DNA of 64,000 nt, from positions 9,223 to 73,222 of the forward strand of contig PNAP01000047.1 of assembly GCA_003169735.1 (NCBI GenBank). The letters are read 5' to 3'. Positions 37,766 to 44,953 of the stretch are shown here, piece after piece. A program made the position numbers and the translations under genes. This DNA is from Chloroflexota bacterium (GTDB lineage: Bacteria > Chloroflexota > Limnocylindria > Limnocylindrales > CSP1-4). The notes beneath the pieces were generated by a model, which saw nothing but the letters and a program-made list of their open reading frames with translations, was not told the origin of the DNA and did not search any database. Position 1 is the first letter of the stretch; each line of letters opens with the position of its first letter.

Positions 37766-37933
37766 CGCCCAACGGCGGGTTGGTTGCGCTCACCGGCTGA
37801 CCGCGCCGGATGCGCGCGGGCGCTTGGGCTCCCTAGCCGCGGTCGCCCAACGGCGGGGTTGTTGCGCTCACCGGCTAACCGCGCCGGATGCGCGCGGGCG
37901 CTTGGGCTCCCTAGCCGCGGTCGCCCAACGGCG
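37766..37933. repeat. REP-like 78-bp element, about 2.2 tandem copies
   Basis: Units at 37766-37843 and 37844-37921 (CGCCCAACGGCGG..GCGCTCACCGGCT.ACCGCGCCGGATGCGCGCGGGCGCTTGGGCTCCCTAGCCGCGGT), plus a 12-nt third start. Contains an internal hairpin CCGCGC-cggat-GCGCGG. Confidence 0.85.
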
Positions 37934-37956
37934 CCCCCGATATACTCTGCGGTCCG

Positions 37957-38430
37957 ATGTTGCGACGAGTCTTCAGCACGCTCAACTGGATGGCGTTGAC
38001 GCCTCTGGCCGCACGCGCCCCGATGTATGGGCGGTTGATGCTCGAACTGCTGGCCGATCGGCGCATCCCGTTGGCCAAGAAGGCCATCCTCGGTGTCGCA
38101 GCCGGCTACCTCATCTCGCCCATCGACATCGTGCCTGACTTCATCCCGATCATCGGTCGGATCGATGATGCCGCCATCCTCATCCTCGCGCTCGACCTAT
38201 TCCTGGAGAGCGTCCCCCAGGAGCTGCTCTATGAGAAGCTGGTGGCGCTCGATATCGACGGGCGACAACTGGAACGCGACCTGGCCCGTGTGCGCCGTTT
38301 CGTGCCTCGGCCAGTTCGCGCGCTCGCCATGCGCCTGCCCGACCTGATCGACAAAGCCGCCACGACCGTGCGGGGCATGATGGCCCCGGGCCCGGTCGGT
38401 CCCGCCCCACTGGAGGAAGCCCCCGCGTGA
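37957..38430 (+). CDS. DUF1232 (YkvA-like) membrane protein
   Basis: Signature GYLISPIDIVPDFIPIIGRIDDAAILILAL. Confidence 0.8.
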   Translation: MLRRVFSTLNWMALTPLAARAPMYGRLMLELLADRRIPLAKKAILGVAAGYLISPIDIVPDFIPIIGRIDDAAILILALDLFLESVPQELLYEKLVALDIDGRQLERDLARVRRFVPRPVRALAMRLPDLIDKAATTVRGMMAPGPVGPAPLEEAPA

Positions 38431-38873
38431 AGGTCATCCTGATCAACGACGTCGCGCCGCTCGGCAAGAGTGGCGAGCTCAAGGACGTCACCGACGGCTA
38501 CGCTCGCAACTACCTCATCCCGAACAAGCTGGCGGTTCCCGCCGCCGGCGGGGCCTATCGCGCGTGGCAGCATGACGTCGCCAGCCGCGAGGAGAAGCGC
38601 CGCAAGGAACGTGCCACCGCCGAGATCGCTGCCCAGCGCATCAGTTCGACGACACTGACGATGGGCGTCAAGGTCGGCGAGGGCGGCAAACTCTACGGCT
38701 CGATCGGTGCCAAGGACATCGCCGAGGCGCTCGGTCGCCGCGGCATCGAGATCGACCGCCACAAGGTCGATCTGGACGAGCCACTCAAGATGCTGGGCAC
38801 GTACAAGGTCGCGGTTCGCGTCTTCGCCGGCATGACCCCCGAGGTCACGGTCGTCGTCGAGCCCAAGGGGTAG
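38427..38873 (+). CDS. rplI: 50S ribosomal protein L9
   Basis: MKVILINDVAPLGKSGELKDVTDGYARNYLIPNKLAVPA. The GTG start overlaps the DUF1232 stop (GTGA). Confidence 0.95.
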   Translation: MKVILINDVAPLGKSGELKDVTDGYARNYLIPNKLAVPAAGGAYRAWQHDVASREEKRRKERATAEIAAQRISSTTLTMGVKVGEGGKLYGSIGAKDIAEALGRRGIEIDRHKVDLDEPLKMLGTYKVAVRVFAGMTPEVTVVVEPKG

Positions 38874-39725
38874 TCAGGCCGGGTCGGGCGGGGCGAAGCC
38901 GCTCAGCTCGCCGCGCAGCTGGGCGAGGGCTCTCTCGAGCGGTTCTCGTGCCGTCGAGACGGGATAGGGCGCGCGGCGAACGGCGTCCTCGAGCGCGGCC
39001 TCTCCGCCGTGGACCTGGCGGGCAAGAGCGACGAGCGTCACGAACTCAGCGTGTTGACGCTCGGCGAAGGCGCGATCGGCAACGTCGCCGTGGCCGGGCA
39101 CGACCGGGCCGTCGATGATGCCGGTGAGGCGCTCGACCGTGCGCGGCCAGTCGAGCGGGAAGCCGTCGCCGAAGTAGGGCGTGGCGCCGTTCTCGAGCAA
39201 GTCGCCCGCGAAGACGACATGCGCGTCGGCCACCACGACGCAGATGTCGTTGTCGGTGTGGCCTCGGCCGAGGTATCGAAGCTCCACCGCCCGACCGCCC
39301 TGGTCGATCTCCACCGTGGCGCGGTCGGTGAAGGTGTGATCGGGAGGATCGATCTCGATCTCGCGCAGGTCGTCGGCCATGTCGGGCATGTGCTCGATGA
39401 GGCGCGCCCGCTGACGCTCGCCCGTCTCGCGCAGCATCGTGACGCACCGCACGTGGCCCCAGATGGGCGCCGGGCGGAAGACGTGGTTGCCAAAGGCATG
39501 GTCGGAATGGCCGTGCGTGTCGATGACCACGCTCACCGGCCGTGACGTCAGTGCTCGCAGGTCATCGCGCACTTCGCGTGCGTGGCGGTGGGTCGTCCTG
39601 GTATCGACCAGAAGCACGCCCTCTTCGCCCAGCACGACGCCGATGTTCTGGTCGTAGAACGCATAGCGGCGGACGAAGACGCGGTCACCGACCTCGAGCC
39701 AGTCCGACATGCACCGATCGTACAC
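38874..39725 (-). CDS. MBL-fold metallo-hydrolase
   Basis: VIDTHGHSDHAFGN (HxHxDH motif) plus downstream His/Asp ligands. Confidence 0.85.
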   Translation of the reverse strand: MYDRCMSDWLEVGDRVFVRRYAFYDQNIGVVLGEEGVLLVDTRTTHRHAREVRDDLRALTSRPVSVVIDTHGHSDHAFGNHVFRPAPIWGHVRCVTMLRETGERQRARLIEHMPDMADDLREIEIDPPDHTFTDRATVEIDQGGRAVELRYLGRGHTDNDICVVVADAHVVFAGDLLENGATPYFGDGFPLDWPRTVERLTGIIDGPVVPGHGDVADRAFAERQHAEFVTLVALARQVHGGEAALEDAVRRAPYPVSTAREPLERALAQLRGELSGFAPPDPA

Positions 39726-39751
39726 GCCCGACCGAGCGCATCATCCTGTGC

Positions 39752-41032
39752 ATGAAGCCGGCGGCTCGAACCAGCCCGACCATCCTGCACGTCGACCTCG
39801 ACGCGTTCTTCGCCGCGGTCGAGCAGCGTGACCGCCCGGAGTTGCGCGGCAAGCCCGTCATCGTCGGTGGCGGCGGACCCAACGATCGCGGCGTCGTCAG
39901 CGCCGCTTCCTATGAGGCGCGGCGGTTCGGCGTGCGCTCCGCGATGCCGCTGCGGACGGCGGGGCGGCTCTGCCCGACGGGCATCTTCGTGCCCGTGGAC
40001 GGTGCGAAGTACGGTCGCGTGAGCGTCCAGGTGATGGCCATCCTGCGGCGCTTCACCCCGAAGGTCGAGCCGGTGTCGATCGACGAGGCGTTCCTGGACG
40101 TGGCTGGCACCGAGGCCCTGTGGGGGCCGTCGGAATCGGTCGCCCGAGCCATCAAGTCGGCCGTCCACACCGAGGTCGGGCTGACCATCTCGGTCGGGGT
40201 CGCCACGACCAAGTTGGTGGCCAAGGTTGCCTCCGACCTGCGCAAGCCCGATGGGCTGGTGGTGGTCGAACCTGGGACCGAGGCGGCCTTCCTCGCGCCA
40301 CTGGCCATCGAACGGCTGTGGGGCGTCGGGGCTGCGTCGCGACGGGTCCTGGCGGATTACGGCGTCACCACCATCGGTGACCTGGCCGCGCTGCCGACCG
40401 ATGTGCTGAGCCGGCGCTTCGGAAGCCAGGGTGCGGTGCTCGCCGAGCGGGCCCTTGGCCGCGATCCGTCGCCGGTGGGAGACGGTGAGGTCGCCAAGTC
40501 GGTCAGCCATGAGCACACGTTCGATGTCGATACGGCCGAATGGGACGTCCTCGAACGGACCCTCCTGGCGCTTTCCGAGGGGGTCGCCGGTCGCCTTCGA
40601 GCGGGCGGCGTCAAGGCCGGCACGGTCGCGGTCAAGATCAGGGATACCGAGTTCGTGACCGTCACGCGGCAGCGCACGCTGCCTGCGCCGACCGACTTGA
40701 CCGAGCCGATCTGGCGGACGGCGGTGGCACTGGCACGGCCGGAGGTCCGCGGGATGACGGTGCGCCTCCTCGGCGTTGCTGCGACGCACCTGACCGATCG
40801 AGAGCAGATGTCGCTCTTCGGCGAGGAGGGCGGGCGCCAGCGCAAGGCGGTCGAGGCTGCCGACGCCATCCGGGAGCGCTTCGGTGCCCGGGCCATCACA
40901 CGGGCGCGTCTGCTGCGAAGCGGCATCGCCCAGCCGTTCGAGCGGGATCCCCTTCACTCGCCGGAGGCGCGCCGGATCGGACAACGGAGGCTTGACGGTG
41001 ATGCCCGACCCGACCGAGGCCGTGACACGTGA
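39752..41032 (+). CDS. dinB: DNA polymerase IV (Y-family)
   Basis: ILHVDLDAFFAAVEQRDRPELRGKPVIVGG, SIDEAFLDV and little-finger region. ATG at 39752 is preferred over the track start at 39542. Confidence 0.9.
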   Translation: MKPAARTSPTILHVDLDAFFAAVEQRDRPELRGKPVIVGGGGPNDRGVVSAASYEARRFGVRSAMPLRTAGRLCPTGIFVPVDGAKYGRVSVQVMAILRRFTPKVEPVSIDEAFLDVAGTEALWGPSESVARAIKSAVHTEVGLTISVGVATTKLVAKVASDLRKPDGLVVVEPGTEAAFLAPLAIERLWGVGAASRRVLADYGVTTIGDLAALPTDVLSRRFGSQGAVLAERALGRDPSPVGDGEVAKSVSHEHTFDVDTAEWDVLERTLLALSEGVAGRLRAGGVKAGTVAVKIRDTEFVTVTRQRTLPAPTDLTEPIWRTAVALARPEVRGMTVRLLGVAATHLTDREQMSLFGEEGGRQRKAVEAADAIRERFGARAITRARLLRSGIAQPFERDPLHSPEARRIGQRRLDGDARPDRGRDT

Positions 41033-41080
41033 GCTGTCACCGGGCGCGCTGAGACTCCTGCCATCGACGGTCGGCAAGCC

Positions 41081-41135
41081 TTGACATCGAACATCCGTTC
41101 GACTACGGTTGGCCGGTAATCAGAACAGATGTTCT
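41081..41135 (+). promoter_or_regulatory. SOS-type promoter with two LexA boxes
   Basis: TTGACA (41081-41086), a 17-nt spacer and TACGGT (41104-41109). CGAACATCCGTTCG (41088-41101) sits inside the spacer. A second palindrome AGAACAGATGTTCT lies at 41122-41135. Confidence 0.7.
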
Positions 41136-41163
41136 CTCGTCGCCGGGGCAAAAGGAGCCACAG

Positions 41164-41445
41164 ATGGCAATGGTCAACATCACACCGACCGAGATCGCGG
41201 TCGGTTGCGATCCCTTCACGGGTCGGCCACGCAACGTCCGGATGGGAGCCGATGTCCAACCGGTGCTGCGCATCGAGCGAGTCCGCGACGAGTCCGCGGC
41301 GTACCCGATCGCCGTCGGCCCGCGCACCGTATTCGACGTTCGGACGCCGGCGTCGAGGTTGCGCCTCGCATTCCAGCACCGCAGCCGGCGATGGCTGGTG
41401 GAAGGCATCGATGACCTGGAGGATGCGCTGCCCGCCGCTGCGTAG
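41164..41445 (+). CDS. uncharacterised 93-aa protein, predicted SOS-regulon member
   Basis: AAGGAG (41152-41157) lies 6 nt before the ATG. Third-position GC is high throughout. It lies immediately behind the two LexA boxes. No domain recognised with certainty. Confidence 0.6.
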   Translation: MAMVNITPTEIAVGCDPFTGRPRNVRMGADVQPVLRIERVRDESAAYPIAVGPRTVFDVRTPASRLRLAFQHRSRRWLVEGIDDLEDALPAAA

Positions 41446-41497
41446 GAACGGCTCCGCGCCGTCGGCGCGGCAGGCGGACGTGCGACAATCGGCATCG

Positions 41498-42154
41498 ATG
41501 TCCCTCCCGCACGAGCCCTTCGCCGGGCTGACGCTCGGCGAGTTCTCCGAGCGGCTCGCTTCCTCCGATCCGGTCCCCGGCGGTGGCAGCGCGGCCGCCA
41601 TCGCGGCGAGCCTCGCGGCGAGCCTGGTCGTGATGGTCTGCCGGCTCTCGAGCGACCGCCCGAAGTACGCCGCGTATGCGGCGACCCACGAGCGTGCCCT
41701 ACTCGTCGCTGAGGCCTCGAGGGTCCGGTTCCTGGAACTCGCTGATGAGGACGCGGCGGCATATGGCGCCTATGCCGCCGCAAGTCGTCTCCCACGCGAG
41801 ACTCCCGAGGAGCAGGAACATCGCGCCACGCAGCTTCGTGCCGCGGCACGTCTTGCGAGCGAGGTGCCGATGCTCGTCGTCCGGGAGTGCCACCGGCTGG
41901 TGCGCGAGATCGAAACGCTCGCAGGTCGTAGCAATCTGAACGCGGCGAGTGACCTCGGCGTGGCGGCGCTCCTGGCCCAGGCAGCGGCGCGTGGCGCGGG
42001 CGCGAACGTGCAGATCAACCTGCCGGCCGTCGGTGACGAACGGTTCGCCGGCTCTGCGACGGCCGAACTTGGCGGCCACCTCCACGAGATCGAGGTCGTG
42101 GCGGCACGGGTCAACCAACAGGTCCTGTCCGGCAGCCTACGGGCGCCTGAATGA
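41498..42154 (+). CDS. cyclodeaminase/cyclohydrolase family protein (FTCD C-terminal-like formimidoyl-THF cyclodeaminase)
   Basis: LASSDPVPGGGSAAAIAASLAASLVVMVCRLS and NLNAASDLGVAALLAQAAARGAGANVQINL are typical of the family. ATG at 41498 is preferred. Confidence 0.8.
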   Translation: MSLPHEPFAGLTLGEFSERLASSDPVPGGGSAAAIAASLAASLVVMVCRLSSDRPKYAAYAATHERALLVAEASRVRFLELADEDAAAYGAYAAASRLPRETPEEQEHRATQLRAAARLASEVPMLVVRECHRLVREIETLAGRSNLNAASDLGVAALLAQAAARGAGANVQINLPAVGDERFAGSATAELGGHLHEIEVVAARVNQQVLSGSLRAPE

Positions 42155-42173
42155 CCCAGCCGGGATCCGGTCG

Positions 42174-43172
42174 ATGAGCGGCGGTGACGTCGAGTCGAGT
42201 ACCACGCCCGGCGGCGCGCGGCTCCTCCGCGGCGCGCCACTCGCCGCCGAGTTGCGCCGCGACGTTGCAGCCGACGTGGTCGCGTTCCGTCGGCGCCACG
42301 GCTATCTGCCGGCGCTGGCGGTGGTCATCGTCGGGCGCGATCCGGGTGCGCGGCTCTACCTGAACCAGATCCTCCGCACGGCGTCGACGGTCGGCATCCC
42401 GGGCCGCATGGTCGATCTACCGGCTCGCGCAACCGCGACCGATCTCGCGCGCGAACTGGCCTCGCTCGATGCCGATCCGCTGGTCGCCGGCGTGATCGTG
42501 CAGATGCCACTCCCCAAGCGGATCCCGCTGCGCACGGTCATCGATACGTTGCGGCCGGTCAAGGACATCGATGGCGTCCACCCGCTCAACATGGGTCTCA
42601 TGACGATGGGCTTCGAAGGCTTCCTGCCCGCCTGCGGAGAGGCGGCCGTCGCCATCCTCAAGCGATCCGGCTACGTCCTTGATGGGCTTCGCGCGGCCGT
42701 CGTCGGGCGCAGCAACGTGGTTGGCAAGCCCGTGCAGATCCTACTTGTCCGAGAGAACTGCACGGTCACGGTCTGCCACACGCACACGCGCGACCTGGGC
42801 GCGGTCCTGCGGGAGAGCGATGTCGTCGTGGTCGGTGCCGGGTCGGCCGGGCTCGTTACGGGCGACATGCTCAAGCCGGGCGCGCTCGTCGTCGACGTGG
42901 GCATCAATGTGGTGCCGGGCGGCATCGTCGGTGATGTGGACTTCGCATCGGCATCGCGCGTGGCGGCGGCTCTTACCCCCGTCCCGGGCGGAGTCGGGCC
43001 GCTCACCAACGCCATCCTGATGGAGCATCTGGTCCGGGCGGCGTACCGACAGGCTCGCGACGGGAACGCCACCGACCGTTTCACTCGCCTTGCTCCGCCC
43101 ATCGGCCACAGGGCGCGCCGCGCCGCCGCGCACCCGTCTCCCCGTCTCGTGCCGCTCGAGAATGCCGGCTGA
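42174..43172 (+). CDS. folD: bifunctional methylene-THF dehydrogenase / methenyl-THF cyclohydrolase
   Basis: PALAVVIVGRDPGARLYL, GVIVQMPLP, DGVHPLNMG, VVGRSNVVGKP and PVPGGVGPLT. It has a ~50-aa C-terminal tail. Confidence 0.9.
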   Translation: MSGGDVESSTTPGGARLLRGAPLAAELRRDVAADVVAFRRRHGYLPALAVVIVGRDPGARLYLNQILRTASTVGIPGRMVDLPARATATDLARELASLDADPLVAGVIVQMPLPKRIPLRTVIDTLRPVKDIDGVHPLNMGLMTMGFEGFLPACGEAAVAILKRSGYVLDGLRAAVVGRSNVVGKPVQILLVRENCTVTVCHTHTRDLGAVLRESDVVVVGAGSAGLVTGDMLKPGALVVDVGINVVPGGIVGDVDFASASRVAAALTPVPGGVGPLTNAILMEHLVRAAYRQARDGNATDRFTRLAPPIGHRARRAAAHPSPRLVPLENAG

Positions 43173-43174
43173 GG

Positions 43175-44866
43175 ATGAAGAGCAGCCTCGAGATCGCGCA
43201 GTCCGCCCCAATGCGGCCCATCGCTGACATCGCGGCGGAGCTCGGGCTCCTCCCCGACGAGATCGAGGCCTTCGGTCCGTACAAGGCGAAGATCCGCCTC
43301 TCCGTCCTGGACCGCCTCGCCGACCGCCCCGATGGGCGCGAGATCGTCGTCACCGCCATCACGCCGACGCCGCTCGGCGAGGGCAAGACGACCACCACCA
43401 TCGGGCTCGCTCAGGGCCTCAACAAGATCGGCGTTCGTACCGCAGCGGCCATCCGACAGCCGTCGCTCGGGCCGGTCTTCGGCATCAAGGGCGGCGGCGC
43501 AGGCGGCGGTCTCAGCCAGGTCCTGCCGATGGAGGACGTTAACCTCCACTTCACGGGCGACCTCCACGCGGTCACCGCGGCCCACGACCTCGGCGCTGCC
43601 TTCCTCGACAACCATCTCTTCCACGGGAATGCGCTTGGCATCGATCCGGCCACCATCCAATGGCCGCGCGTCCTCGACGTCAACGATCGAGCGTTGCGAC
43701 GCGTGACCCTCGGGCTTGGCGAAGCCAACGGCCAACGCGACTCGGAGTTCCAGATCACAGCCGCATCCGAGGTGATGGCCGTGCTGGCGCTGGCGACGGA
43801 CTTGCACGACCTGCGGGCGAGGATGGGTCGGATCATCGTCGGCGAGACGGCTGATGGCCTGCCCGTCACCCTCGACGACCTGCGTGTCGCCGGGGCGATG
43901 ACCGTCCTGATGCGCGACGCCATCAAGCCGAACCTGGTCCAGACCCTCGAGGGCGGCCCGGCGTTCGTCCATGCAGGCCCCTTCGCCAACATCGCCCACG
44001 GCAATTCGTCGGTCATCGCGGACCGCGTCGCACTGAAGCTCGTCGACGCGGTCGTGACCGAGGCCGGCTTCGGCTCGGACATGGGCTTCCAGAAGTTCGT
44101 TGATATCAAATGCCGCCTGTCCGGCCTTCGGCCGAGTGCGGCGGTCATCGTGGCCACCGTCCGTGCCCTCAAGATGCACGGCGGCGTGGCTCGCGTCGTG
44201 GCCGGCAAGCCGCTCGACCCCGCGTTGCTGGTGGAGGATCCGGACGGCGTTCGACGGGGCTGCGAGAACCTCGCCCAGCACATCGCCATCGCTCGCGGCT
44301 ATGGGCTCCCGGCGGTCGTCGCCATCAATGCATTCCCGAGTGACCACGCGTCAGAGGTGGCCGTCATCCGCGAGGCGGCGATCGCGGCTGGCGCTATGGA
44401 CGCCGTCGTGTCGCGCCACTTCACCGACGGCGGCGACGGTGCGCGCGACCTTGCGACGGCCGTCTGGGCCGCAGCGTCCGCCCGTGCTCCGGACTTCCAC
44501 TTCCTGACCGACTCGACCGAGACGTTGGCCGAGCGCATCGAGGCGATCGCCACGCGCGTCTACGGCGCTGACGGGGTCGACCTTTCAGCGGAGGCGGTGG
44601 CCTCGCTGGCCGACTTCCAGCGTCTGGGTTTCGGATCGCTGCCCATCTGCATGGCCAAGACCCAGCTGTCGCTCAGCCACGACCCGGCGCTCAAAGGCCG
44701 ACCAACGGGCTTCCGCGTGCCGATCCGCGAGGTTCGCCTCTTTGCCGGAGCCGGCTTCGTGACCGCCTACTGCGGCAACATGCAGGTCATGCCCGGCCTG
44801 CCGTCACACCCGGCCGGTGAGGATGTCGACATCGGGCCGAACGGAGAGATCGTCGGACTGTTCTAG
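43175..44866 (+). CDS. fhs: formate--tetrahydrofolate ligase
   Basis: TPTPLGEGKTTTTIGL, HAGPFANIAHGNSS and MAKTQLSLSHDP, at full length (563 aa). Confidence 0.95.
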   Translation: MKSSLEIAQSAPMRPIADIAAELGLLPDEIEAFGPYKAKIRLSVLDRLADRPDGREIVVTAITPTPLGEGKTTTTIGLAQGLNKIGVRTAAAIRQPSLGPVFGIKGGGAGGGLSQVLPMEDVNLHFTGDLHAVTAAHDLGAAFLDNHLFHGNALGIDPATIQWPRVLDVNDRALRRVTLGLGEANGQRDSEFQITAASEVMAVLALATDLHDLRARMGRIIVGETADGLPVTLDDLRVAGAMTVLMRDAIKPNLVQTLEGGPAFVHAGPFANIAHGNSSVIADRVALKLVDAVVTEAGFGSDMGFQKFVDIKCRLSGLRPSAAVIVATVRALKMHGGVARVVAGKPLDPALLVEDPDGVRRGCENLAQHIAIARGYGLPAVVAINAFPSDHASEVAVIREAAIAAGAMDAVVSRHFTDGGDGARDLATAVWAAASARAPDFHFLTDSTETLAERIEAIATRVYGADGVDLSAEAVASLADFQRLGFGSLPICMAKTQLSLSHDPALKGRPTGFRVPIREVRLFAGAGFVTAYCGNMQVMPGLPSHPAGEDVDIGPNGEIVGLF

Positions 44867-44953
44867 GCTGGGGGCTACTACCGCACCGAATCGAGCGTCG
44901 CGTACGTCTCATGACTGGTACGGCGCGTTGCAAGGTGAGAAACGGGGCGAGCG

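Noticed and set aside
37766-37933. Possible CRISPR array, given the direct repeats.
   Set aside because: The units are 78 bp long and directly abutting, with no spacers. There are only ~2 copies, and no cas genes in the window.
39601-39751. LexA box for dinB.
   Set aside because: The gap to the divergent MBL gene is only 26 bp and holds no CGAAC-N4-GTTCG. The nearby GTTC-N8-GAAC has the wrong half-site orientation and spacing.
42671-44347. 558-aa minus-strand ORF. The same applies to other long antisense ORFs such as 4992..6632, 1820..2923, 13244..14764, 24530..25987 and 51040..52389.
   Set aside because: Each lies opposite a confidently recognised gene (folD/fhs, cpaF, GT87, GT39, MFS, hutH). 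None shows a domain signature or a plausible ribosome-binding site.
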